Source: Candidatus Moraniibacteriota bacterium (lineage in GTDB: Bacteria > Patescibacteriota > Minisyncoccia > Moranbacterales > DUUL01). Taken from it: a DNA stretch of 64,000 nt. The notes beneath the pieces were generated by a model. It had not been told where the DNA came from. It saw only the letters and a list, made by a program, of their open reading frames with translations, and searched no databases. The translations under genes and the position numbers were made by a program. How positions within the stretch are numbered: position 1 is the first letter of the stretch; every line of letters starts with the position of its first letter. The DNA lies in the NCBI GenBank assembly GCA_041583775.1, contig JBFHFF010000007.1, positions 3,382 through 67,381 on the forward strand. The letters are read 5' to 3'. Below are positions 40,110-48,765 of this stretch, piece by piece.

Positions 40110-42752
40110 ATGAGTAAATTTGTTTTGGATGTAATAAAAAAATGGCAATTGGTTTTGTATATTTCGCTTATGTTAAGTGCGGTGACTTTTTTTGTATCCA
40201 CTGCAATTGCTCCAAAATATAGATCAGATATAACAGTTTTGATAACTCAGAAAGATGCGGATGTGCTAACGGCATCTCAAAATGCTGAATATTTGAGTGA
40301 TGTTTTTGAGAAAGTTCTTTATACGGAATCTTTTATGAGGGGTGTATTGAAGAGTGATGCTGAAATTAAAAGAGAATTTTCAGGGGATGCTAAGAAAAGA
40401 ATAAAAGAGTGGGCAGCTGAAATTCAAACAGAGAAAGTTGGGAGTTCTGGAATCTTAAAAATAGTTGTTTTTGATCCAAGAAGCGAAGATTCCTATAAGA
40501 TAGCAACAGGCATTGTTAATAATTTTAAAGAAAATAGAACTGAATATTTTGGAGAAAAAGATGAGGTTGAAATAAAAATTCTTGATGGGCCAATAAGTTC
40601 GTCAAAAGTTGCCTATCCAGATATAAAACTAAACACAGCTCTTGGTTTTTTTGTGGGGGTTATTGGATCTCTAATGATTATTTTGTTTTTTGAAGATTTT
40701 GATTTGAGACTCGTTAGGAAGTCTAAAAGAGGGATAGCTTTTTCGATAAAGTCTGCAGAGAAAGCAATTGAGCAAAAAATCGGCGATCAGTTGGTTCGAC
40801 AACTTGAAAAGAGAAAGGATAATGTAGCTTTGGAGTATCTAGAGAAACAGTTTGAGCGAGGTGATGATTTTGCGACATCAGAAAATCCTTCATTTATAGA
40901 TACATCCATAGATACATTGAATACATTGAAGCAAGATGTTGATAGTTCGAAAGAAATAGCGAAACAAAAAAATTCGATTATAAGTGAAGAGCTTGAATAT
41001 ATTGATATTCCAGAAGAGGATGATTTTGACAAGGAGGATGAGAAGTTTTTTTATTCTGCGCATAGCCAAGAAAGTGAAGTGGGTGAGTCTATTAATAAAT
41101 CAGAAATTGTGCTGAAGGGTTCTTTTAGTAATAGGGGGGCAATAAAAGATTTGGAAAATACCAAAGAAAAAGAAGTTGAAATTGTAGACACAAAAAAGAG
41201 TAGTGAAGATTTTTGGGAAAATATGCACTCAATAGATGGTGTGGAAGATGATTTAAAAGATGATCACAAGGACAATCCTTTATTAGCAGATTCTATGGTT
41301 GATATAGATAGGTATCATGAGATTATTCAAGCTGGAGAAACTTTTAAAGGCTTTAAAAGGCTTCGAGAGCAATATCAATCAAAAGATTCGAGTGAAACTG
41401 ATATTGAAAATAAAAAAATAGCTTTAAAAGAAGACTCTGAAAAAAAAGTTGATTTTGATGGTGAAAATGATGCTATCAAACAAGGAAGAGGAGAAGTTGT
41501 TGAATTGGAAAAAGAGTTGGATTTGCCAGAGCTTAAGAGAGGTGAGGAAGAAAAAGAGAGTGATGCAAAAAGAGAGATTGTTGCAAAGAAGGACGATAAA
41601 GAAACGCAAAAGGAGTTAGGACTAACAAAAAAAACGAAAGAGCAAGTAAAAGAAGAAGCCTTGGAATTAACTGCTGTTGGTTTGAAGAAGATTTTAGCAA
41701 CTCAAAATGTTGCACAACAAGAAGATGAGAGTGATGTTGTAGTGAAAGCGAAAGAAGATGAAGAACAAAATATTTTTAAAGAAAAAGATGTTGATGAGGA
41801 AATTCTACAAGTAGAATCTATGAGTCCGATTGGTGACATTGATGAAATCGAAGAAATAGGGGAAATAGTTGAAGAAAAAGAGTCTTTGGAGCCTTCCACT
41901 GAAAAAGAAGAAATTGAAGATGAAGAAGATTTTGAGGAAATCGTAGAGAAGAAGAAAAAGAAAGAAAAAGAGGAAATAGAAAGGTTATTGGAAGAGGAGA
42001 TAAAGAAAAATGTTCAGATAGAGCAAGAACTTGTTAGTAATAAAATCAAGAAAAAAGAGGAAGATATAATTAATCAAACAAACGAGCCTGAGGAAATAGA
42101 AAGCATTGATTATATTGGAAGTGCTGACGCTAACGAGGATGATGAATTGGAATTAAACACAAAAGAGATCCAGCGTTCAACTCAGGAGGGTTCTGAACAC
42201 GGGAATGCTTTTGCTAGGCTATATGAGAAATCTTTATTTAATGATGATAAATATAAAGAACAACAAGCTAAGAGAGTAACTCATCATATGGAAATGGACC
42301 CAGAAGAGTTGGAAATGATGCGGAAGATGTTGGAGGCCGAGGGAAAGAGCGAGGAGGAGTTTGTTTTGGAAAACGGGCTTGTTGAAATTGACGAGGAATC
42401 TGCAGAAAGTTTAAAAAAAGAGAATGTGAAGGATGTTGAGTTGAATGAAAAAATCTCAATAAAAAAATCAACTTTTGAACCAGTAGAGGAGTCTGTGAGG
42501 AAAATAGAGACGACAGAAGAATTGCAAATGGGGGATAAGAAAGGCGCTGCTCCCCACGGTTTGGCGATTTTTATGGAGGAAGAAGATGAGCAAGACACAT
42601 TTGCCAGAAATTTGCTCAAGGAAAAAGTTCAAAATAAAGGGAATGAGCAATTAAAGGGACAGGCTATTGATAAGATTATTGATCCCAATAAGGAAGTTTC
42701 GGAGGAAGAAATTAAAGATAGATTAAATAGGCTATTACAAGGGGAATTGTAA
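40110..42752 (+). CDS. Wzz/polysaccharide co-polymerase (chain-length determinant) domain protein with about 680-aa Glu/Lys/Asp-rich cytoplasmic tail
   Basis: TM1, periplasmic Wzz-like region (APKYRSDITVL...), TM2 GFFVGVIGSLMIILFF, then low-complexity acidic repeats to residue 880. Confidence 0.75.
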   Translation: MSKFVLDVIKKWQLVLYISLMLSAVTFFVSTAIAPKYRSDITVLITQKDADVLTASQNAEYLSDVFEKVLYTESFMRGVLKSDAEIKREFSGDAKKRIKEWAAEIQTEKVGSSGILKIVVFDPRSEDSYKIATGIVNNFKENRTEYFGEKDEVEIKILDGPISSSKVAYPDIKLNTALGFFVGVIGSLMIILFFEDFDLRLVRKSKRGIAFSIKSAEKAIEQKIGDQLVRQLEKRKDNVALEYLEKQFERGDDFATSENPSFIDTSIDTLNTLKQDVDSSKEIAKQKNSIISEELEYIDIPEEDDFDKEDEKFFYSAHSQESEVGESINKSEIVLKGSFSNRGAIKDLENTKEKEVEIVDTKKSSEDFWENMHSIDGVEDDLKDDHKDNPLLADSMVDIDRYHEIIQAGETFKGFKRLREQYQSKDSSETDIENKKIALKEDSEKKVDFDGENDAIKQGRGEVVELEKELDLPELKRGEEEKESDAKREIVAKKDDKETQKELGLTKKTKEQVKEEALELTAVGLKKILATQNVAQQEDESDVVVKAKEDEEQNIFKEKDVDEEILQVESMSPIGDIDEIEEIGEIVEEKESLEPSTEKEEIEDEEDFEEIVEKKKKKEKEEIERLLEEEIKKNVQIEQELVSNKIKKKEEDIINQTNEPEEIESIDYIGSADANEDDELELNTKEIQRSTQEGSEHGNAFARLYEKSLFNDDKYKEQQAKRVTHHMEMDPEELEMMRKMLEAEGKSEEEFVLENGLVEIDEESAESLKKENVKDVELNEKISIKKSTFEPVEESVRKIETTEELQMGDKKGAAPHGLAIFMEEEDEQDTFARNLLKEKVQNKGNEQLKGQAIDKIIDPNKEVSEEEIKDRLNRLLQGEL

Positions 42753-42844
42753 AAAATCAGGAAGTGATACAAAAATACTTGACATATAGCAATTTATGTA
42801 CTATTGTAGCATATTAAATTATATTCAAAGTAGTCATTAAAAAA

Positions 42845-43516
42845 ATGGATTTAAAGTTTATTATCAGAAAAAGACAAACAATAATAGTAATTTCATTGAT
42901 TGCGTTACTTTTGGTGACTATTTTTACGCTTTTACAGCCTGTTAAATATAGCGCTAAGGCCAAAGTTTTGGTTGTGCAAAAATTCAATAAGGATGTTGAC
43001 TCATATGATATTGCAAGGTCAAAAGCTTATTTAGGTGAAATATTAGCAGAAGTTGTTACTACATATCCGATTTATGATCAAGTTGCAAAAAGTGAGTTTG
43101 GTGTTGATCGAGGGTATTTTGAAAAAAAACCAGAAATTGATAATGTTGTAAAAAAATGGAAAAAAACTGTTGATGCTTCAAGCTATGGCGATTCTGGAAT
43201 TATTGAAATTGTAGTAAAGCATTCAAATGCTAAACAAGCAGAGAATATTTCAAACGGAATTTTGGAAGTGCTTGCCAATAAGCATTCAAAATATCACAAT
43301 GGTGAGAATGTCAAATTAACAACAATTGATCCCCCAGTTATTGGATTGGCATCACCTAATATTAAACTGAATCTTATGATTGCTTTTTTTATGGGACTTT
43401 CTTTTGCTTTTATTTATATTGTGGTTTTCCCGGAGCCAGAACACGACTTGAATATTTTCAAAAAAAAGAAGAGTAATTTGCTTGAAATTAAAACGCTAAA
43501 AACACTTGACAAATAA
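42845..43516 (+). CDS. second Wzz/chain-length-determinant family protein (223 aa, CapA/YveK-like)
   Basis: TM1, QPVKYSAKAKVLV..., C-terminal TM LMIAFFMGLSFAFIYIVVF; TTGACA-17-TATTGT upstream at 42779-42807. Confidence 0.75.
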   Translation: MDLKFIIRKRQTIIVISLIALLLVTIFTLLQPVKYSAKAKVLVVQKFNKDVDSYDIARSKAYLGEILAEVVTTYPIYDQVAKSEFGVDRGYFEKKPEIDNVVKKWKKTVDASSYGDSGIIEIVVKHSNAKQAENISNGILEVLANKHSKYHNGENVKLTTIDPPVIGLASPNIKLNLMIAFFMGLSFAFIYIVVFPEPEHDLNIFKKKKSNLLEIKTLKTLDK

Positions 43517-43813
43517 TTTTTATTGTGCTAGATTTGCTTAGTTAGGAGATTTGACATTTTTTCATAGTCGTGTTGTACCCTTTGTTATATATGAAAAAAA
43601 GTTTAGAAAACAGAGACGAAGTGATATTAATTTTGTGTCCGAAAGATAATAAAAAAATTCGGATACAGAAACGATACTCGTTTCAAGTACCAAGTACTTT
43701 GATTTTTTTATAATCTTAACCGTTCGACAAGGAGGGCTAACGGACGCAGAAACAAAGAAAATGAAATAGACAACAGGGATTTCCTCTGTTGTCAAAAAAA
43801 CAAGGAGAAAAAA

Positions 43814-44467
43814 ATGACGACAAAAAAAGTTTTTTTAACAAGTTTCTTTATTTTTTTCATCGCATTGCCCGCATTTGCCTGCGAGGGACCTGAGTGTTCG
43901 GAGCCAGTGGTTCCGGACTTGTCGGAAGGTTGTATCGGCAGCTGTGATGGTGCAATTGCCATCGGGGCTGCAAATGGAGACGTCTTCGCAAATGTGAAGG
44001 TTGAGAGAGGGGATCTTTTCGCAGAAGCCTGCGGAGACTTGGAAATGGTCAATATGGCCGGAGCTCCAAGTGATGGTGTTGTATCGGTTGAAAATAAATT
44101 CGGCCGAACAGCGCTGGTGGAGAAGATATCACCGGATGGAAACACCGGTTTTCAGTTTGCGGAAGCAATTTCTGCGCAACTTAATTCGCAGGCTGAAAAC
44201 GGCGGATACACTGCCGGCGCAATTAAGGCCGAAAATACAGTTTCGGCAAATGGCAGCGCTGTCGCCTGGGAGAGAGGTGATTCTGTTGGGCTCAAAATGG
44301 ACCTTAACCAGGCCGTAAACTCAGCAGCGATGTTTTGCGCAGCTGACGGAACGACTGGAAGCCTTAACTCGGAAGTTATTGCAAATAGCTTCCAAAATAT
44401 TGAAACGGAAGCCATCACTGGCTTCCAGCAAAGTATGATATCAACAAAAATTGGTATCAACAAGTAG
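43814..44467 (+). CDS. secreted Cys-rich/Ala-Gly-rich hypothetical protein (island gene 1)
   Basis: Signal peptide MTTKKVFLTSFFIFFIALPAFA; CEGPECSEP...GCIGSCDG; SD AAGGAG. Confidence 0.7.
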   Translation: MTTKKVFLTSFFIFFIALPAFACEGPECSEPVVPDLSEGCIGSCDGAIAIGAANGDVFANVKVERGDLFAEACGDLEMVNMAGAPSDGVVSVENKFGRTALVEKISPDGNTGFQFAEAISAQLNSQAENGGYTAGAIKAENTVSANGSAVAWERGDSVGLKMDLNQAVNSAAMFCAADGTTGSLNSEVIANSFQNIETEAITGFQQSMISTKIGINK

Positions 44468-44493
44468 GAGGTGTAGGCCACAATAGGCCGATC

Positions 44494-44525
44494 AAAGCCC
44501 AGGAAATATTTTTTTCCTGGGCTTT
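44494..44525 (+). terminator. rho-independent terminator
   Basis: Perfect 13-bp stem AAAGCCCAGGAAA/TTTCCTGGGCTTT. Confidence 0.7.
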
Positions 44526-44651
44526 ATAACGAAAAATTAGTGAAATTTGAAAAAATAAGGCGAATAGAATGAAAACTTTTTCATCAGTAATTTGTAAAAA
44601 TAGGTGGCGAAATTATTTTCTTAATTGGGTATAGGAGTAATTAAAAAAGAC

Positions 44652-44680
44652 TTGACAAAAATAAAAAAAAAGTGTATAGT
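44652..44680 (+). promoter_or_regulatory. sigma70-like promoter TTGACA-17-TATAGT for island gene 2
   Basis: ttgaca 44652-44657, tatagt 44675-44680; about 170-nt leader with TGTGCAA-type inverted repeats. Confidence 0.55.
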
Positions 44681-44852
44681 TCTTAGAATGCTCTTTAAGA
44701 TAGTTTCTTATTAAAATAACCAAGTTCATCATTCATCGCATTGTGCAATGAGTGATGAATAGTTTATTTTGAGTATTTTGACAATTTAAAATTGCACATT
44801 TATTTGTGCAATAAAAAACAGTTCAGACGGAAGTCTGAACAAGGAGGAGAAT

Positions 44853-46178
44853 ATGGAAAAAATATGGATGTTAAGGTTAAGTTTGTTGTTGATGGTTCTG
44901 CTGTTTGGGTCTCAGGCTCAAGCGCAGACGAATTTTTCGGGAAATTCAAAGGTGTCGGTTGAAAATGACACCAGTAATTTTCTTAACACCCAGGTAGTTG
45001 CTGGGGGGGCCAATGTCTCAATTGACTTTGGAAGTGGAGAGGCTGGTGCTGACAAGTATCCAGGGGGATTATTGGGCGCTTATTATATGGGCGTTCCTGA
45101 AACTCCAAACATCCCCTTGCCACAGGCAAGCAAAGGTGGTTCTTGGAGGTTGCAGGCTGCAGATTTAGTATTTGCAGGTCTTCCGGCCGTGCTAACTCCT
45201 GATTCCATCAGGAGTTATGAGATGAATAAAACCATCCTTGTTGATGACAAGGATGATAAAAAGGAGCTTCGTGAGAAATTCGATAAGGCGAAGCGAAAGC
45301 TTCTTCTGAGTGCAAATGTTGTTTTGCCGGTAGTATTACCGGAAACCAACAGTATTCGTTTGAGTAAGAAGCTTCCGGCGCCCAATGGGATGCTTTTTGG
45401 AGAAAGTTATTCTCCAGCAGGCAACCTAACCTTTCATACAGTGGAAGAACTTGATGGATGGTTTCAGAAAGCGGATATGAAAAGTCTCTCTTCCGGTGAT
45501 CTTGCCGTTATGTTGGCAAGTGCCGGAATGAAGTGCGGAGCATCATTGATGGTCCCGACCGGCCAAGGTGCTGAAAATATATTCAACACAACGGCCGGAA
45601 GTAAGAGCTTGAGCGGACTGCTCTCAAGCGTTACAAATCTCGCAGGACAAAACGCTTTGCCGTCAGCAGTGTCTGCTGGCGGAGGAATTTCCGGGACTGA
45701 CGGTAACAACAATGTCGTCCATCAACCATATTTAACAGTCGCCTTGTTTAAAAAAGAGGCAGGACCTGTTAAAGGAAAACTTCAAAGAGATATTTTCTAT
45801 GAACTGGTAATGTGCGCATTGCCAGTTCCGGAGCCAAATGGAAGACTTCGATTAGAGGTGGCGAATCAGATGCTTCAGAAATATTTCGATTCCGGTCGGA
45901 ATAATGTGGAGCCACTGATTCATGCCCAGGCTAATTTAGCCCAATCCATCAAGGATGGAAAAAAGTCTCGAATCATAAAAGAGGCTTTGGCTGCCACCTG
46001 GGCTGAAAGAGTGATACTTGTGGGGCGCGGTTATAAGCAAGGACTTATGACTGAAAGAGAGTATAAAAACTCTCACCTACACAACCTTAAGAAGGCAGAA
46101 GGAGCAATGTCTTCTTATGGATTTAAGTCCATAAGAACGCTTGATCTCTGCGCAAAGGATTTGTCAAATCTAAAATAA
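44853..46178 (+). CDS. secreted 441-aa hypothetical protein (island gene 2)
   Basis: Signal peptide MEKIWMLRLSLLLMVLLFGSQAQA; SD AAGGAGG; no recognisable domain. Confidence 0.7.
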   Translation: MEKIWMLRLSLLLMVLLFGSQAQAQTNFSGNSKVSVENDTSNFLNTQVVAGGANVSIDFGSGEAGADKYPGGLLGAYYMGVPETPNIPLPQASKGGSWRLQAADLVFAGLPAVLTPDSIRSYEMNKTILVDDKDDKKELREKFDKAKRKLLLSANVVLPVVLPETNSIRLSKKLPAPNGMLFGESYSPAGNLTFHTVEELDGWFQKADMKSLSSGDLAVMLASAGMKCGASLMVPTGQGAENIFNTTAGSKSLSGLLSSVTNLAGQNALPSAVSAGGGISGTDGNNNVVHQPYLTVALFKKEAGPVKGKLQRDIFYELVMCALPVPEPNGRLRLEVANQMLQKYFDSGRNNVEPLIHAQANLAQSIKDGKKSRIIKEALAATWAERVILVGRGYKQGLMTEREYKNSHLHNLKKAEGAMSSYGFKSIRTLDLCAKDLSNLK

Positions 46179-46252
46179 CCGAAACAATTCCCGCCCAAAC
46201 TTCGGTTTTGGCGGGAACTAAAAAAACTCTTGAAAAAGAGGGAGGAGTCAAC

Positions 46253-47086
46253 ATGGCTATTAAAAGGATTGCTTTTTCATGTTTCGTCGTAGTAATTTTA
46301 TTTTCTCAGCAAATCGTTTCCGCGGAAACGATTTCGCTTGAGCAAATAAGGCAGAAGATCCAGGCAGCGCAAACTGCCGGAGTTTCAATGGTCAAAAGCT
46401 CTGATATAAAAAAAGAGCTTAAGAATAAAAAACCCAAATCACAATTTGGGATTGCCCTTAGTAATTTTGGGCAAATTCCTCTTAGTGTTTTAAGGTTGAA
46501 AAAGGGAGAGACAGTTTCTGAGCTTTCGGCAGTGGTTTCAAAGAAATCATTCCGAAGAGTAATGTCTGGGAACGGCCTCTCTCCCAGTAAGTGTGAAAAA
46601 TTGCCTGTGGGATTTGAACTTTATATCCCAACGGCATGGCTTTTGCCAAAGCTGAGACTGTCACCAGTCGAGATTGGTGTTCTCCAGGAAAGTCTTGCGT
46701 CTGCCAAAGAGGCAGCAGCAGACCTTACGGCGGAGGTTGGTCATTTAAAAGAGGAGATCGTCATTAAAGACGGTCAAATCTCTGAGTTGACAGGAAATCT
46801 TTTGGCTGAGCAGACCGCTCATGCCAAGACGAAGGAAGAGCTTTTGGCTGAGCAGACCGCTCATGCCAAAACGAAAGCCAATCTTTCGGCCCCGGCTTCG
46901 GTGGTCAAAGCCAAGCTTTCGGCTCCAGGAGGATTGGAATTTATGAATAATCCAATCTCTTGGATCGCAATAGCCTTCTTGGCTATTGCAGCAACAGCCT
47001 CTTTGGTCTTTTTGAAAAGAGGCAAAGGAAAAAAAAAGCCTGAGCAGCGCAGGACTGCTGATATAGCAGAGCCTGCAGTCAGCTAA
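46253..47086 (+). CDS. secreted LysM-like protein with tandem repeat and C-terminal TM anchor plus basic tail (island gene 3)
   Basis: Signal peptide MAIKRIAFSCFVVVILFSQQIVSA; LysM-like KKGETVSELSA...L.IP; 2x LLAEQTAHAKTK; C-terminal ISWIAIAFLAIAATASLVFL-KRGKGKKK; SD GGAGG. Confidence 0.7.
   Translation: MAIKRIAFSCFVVVILFSQQIVSAETISLEQIRQKIQAAQTAGVSMVKSSDIKKELKNKKPKSQFGIALSNFGQIPLSVLRLKKGETVSELSAVVSKKSFRRVMSGNGLSPSKCEKLPVGFELYIPTAWLLPKLRLSPVEIGVLQESLASAKEAAADLTAEVGHLKEEIVIKDGQISELTGNLLAEQTAHAKTKEELLAEQTAHAKTKANLSAPASVVKAKLSAPGGLEFMNNPISWIAIAFLAIAATASLVFLKRGKGKKKPEQRRTADIAEPAVS
46799..46882 (+). repeat. 2 x 42-bp in-frame tandem repeat inside island gene 3
   Basis: cttttggctgagcagaccgctcatgccaaRacgaaRg... 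repeated head-to-tail. Confidence 0.8.
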
Positions 47087-47107
47087 TAATGGTCCGGAAT
47101 CTCGGAC

Positions 47108-47145
47108 AAAAAGCGGTGGTACGCAATTTATGTACCACCGCTTTT
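47108..47145. terminator. bidirectional rho-independent terminator between convergent genes
   Basis: 14-bp stem AAAAGCGGTGGTAC/GTACCACCGCTTTT. Confidence 0.75.
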
Positions 47146-47232
47146 AATTTGCAAAAAATAAAAAATACTAACTAATTTAAAAAAAGATAGTAAATAATAT
47201 TAAAAATAATATGTTTTTGTTTAAAAGTTAAA

Positions 47233-48594
47233 TTAAATTCTATAGTTTTTTCTATTTGTTCTAATTGCTAAAAGTCCACCAGCTTCTGCCCAGAAAGCCC
47301 ATTGAAGTGCAGTTGCGTTAATGATGTTATCTCCAAAACTTGCTGCGTATAATCCTATTGTGAAACAAAGAAAAATCAAGAATAAAAAGGCTATTTCATC
47401 GTTGTTTTTTGATCTTGAGAGAAATTCTAATAACAATTCTTTTAATAGAGATAGAAAAATTATAATAAAAGCGACAAGACCAATTATTCCATTTCCTAGA
47501 AGAATTCTTAAAAAATCATTATGAGGGGCTGGAGAGCCAAGTCGAAGACCGCGTCTTTCTAGAATCAATTCCTCGGCAGTTCCAGTTCCATACCCCAATA
47601 TTGGAGCTTCTCTCGAATATACCAAAGCATCTTGCCATAAATTGAATCTCCAAGATATTGAACTGTATGGCGAAAGTGTTGTAATAGAATTTATTCGTTC
47701 ACGAATCGGAGAGATTATCAAATATACTGAAAAAAAAGCGATTATTGAAAAAAACAAAAGTTTTCGCAACTTCAACATTCCAGCACCAAGAATCATAAAA
47801 GCAAATAAAATCCACGCACCCCTAGTATAGGTCAATATCAGCAGGAAAAAGAATATTAAAAAAGAAGTTACATAGATCCATTTTTGGTAGTATTTATTTG
47901 TAAGAAGAAACATTTCAATTGAAAGTGCGATTGAAAGTGTTAATGAGAAAGCAAAGAGATTGGGATGTGCAAAGGTGCCAAAAAGTCTGTTGGGAATATC
48001 TTGATATGAAAGTGATAAGCCAGTGTTAGTTGTTAGCTGATAAAAAGCAACAAGTGAAGGGATTATCATTGAAGCAATTATGGTCACGGTTAACTCTAAT
48101 AAATCCTTTTTTGTTTTTATTGCAATAAAACCAAGGATAAAAAATGAAAAAATTGTTGAAACTCTTACAAGCTCTGAAATGCTGGAAGTTTTGTTGAAGG
48201 AAAATGAAATTCCAAAAATTAAGATAATAAGAAAAATCAACCATTGTTTTAGAAGTGGATTTTTCTTGAGTTTAGCGAGTTGGTTGGGTAATTTTAAAAC
48301 AGTTATTAGGATTAGCACTATGCCTAGAATTGAGGCAAGATTTATTGGATTGTTAAAAACCTTTAAAATAGTTATCTCTGAGGAAAAATCTAGGATTGGT
48401 CGTAACAATAATAATAAAAAAAACCCCCATTTTAAATCTATGAAAAAGACTAAAAATGTGAAAAAAATTCCAATGAGAAGAAGTGTGATAAGCAGTGGTG
48501 TCTTGAAAAAAGACAAAAACCCAACAAAAACAGTAATTGAAAGTATTGTGATGACGGCTAAAAGGTAGTTGTAGAAGTTTTTTTTACTTGACAT
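47233..48594 (-). CDS. O-antigen ligase/polymerase-like (Wzy/WaaL family) membrane protein
   Basis: About 12 TM; YTRGAWILFAFMILGAG segment typical of the Wzy_C domain. Confidence 0.65.
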   Translation of the reverse strand: MSSKKNFYNYLLAVITILSITVFVGFLSFFKTPLLITLLLIGIFFTFLVFFIDLKWGFFLLLLLRPILDFSSEITILKVFNNPINLASILGIVLILITVLKLPNQLAKLKKNPLLKQWLIFLIILIFGISFSFNKTSSISELVRVSTIFSFFILGFIAIKTKKDLLELTVTIIASMIIPSLVAFYQLTTNTGLSLSYQDIPNRLFGTFAHPNLFAFSLTLSIALSIEMFLLTNKYYQKWIYVTSFLIFFFLLILTYTRGAWILFAFMILGAGMLKLRKLLFFSIIAFFSVYLIISPIRERINSITTLSPYSSISWRFNLWQDALVYSREAPILGYGTGTAEELILERRGLRLGSPAPHNDFLRILLGNGIIGLVAFIIIFLSLLKELLLEFLSRSKNNDEIAFLFLIFLCFTIGLYAASFGDNIINATALQWAFWAEAGGLLAIRTNRKNYRI

Positions 48595-48765
48595 ACTAGC
48601 TTGATTGTGATAATTTTAATAGCTTTATATATGCACTTTGCTTAATTTTTTTTAGCATAAACATTTTTTATAATTATGTTTATGAAAAGTTATCTTAGCA
48701 TAGGCATTAATTCAAATCAATAGAGCGCGTTTTTTAAAAGGAATTTAACTTTTATCAAAGAATCT

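Larger units (their letters stand above)
43700..47150. other. GC-rich (roughly 50% or more by eye versus about one-third background) probable horizontally acquired island inside the polysaccharide locus
   Basis: Abrupt compositional shift; three signal-peptide ORFs each with a strong AAGGAGG-type SD (rare elsewhere in the window); bounded by strong terminators. Confidence 0.5.

Noticed and set aside
46208-46252. TTG start at 46208 for island gene 3
   Set aside because: An ATG at 46253 is preceded by GGAGG at optimal spacing and immediately yields a signal peptide. The extra 15 aa are unnecessary.
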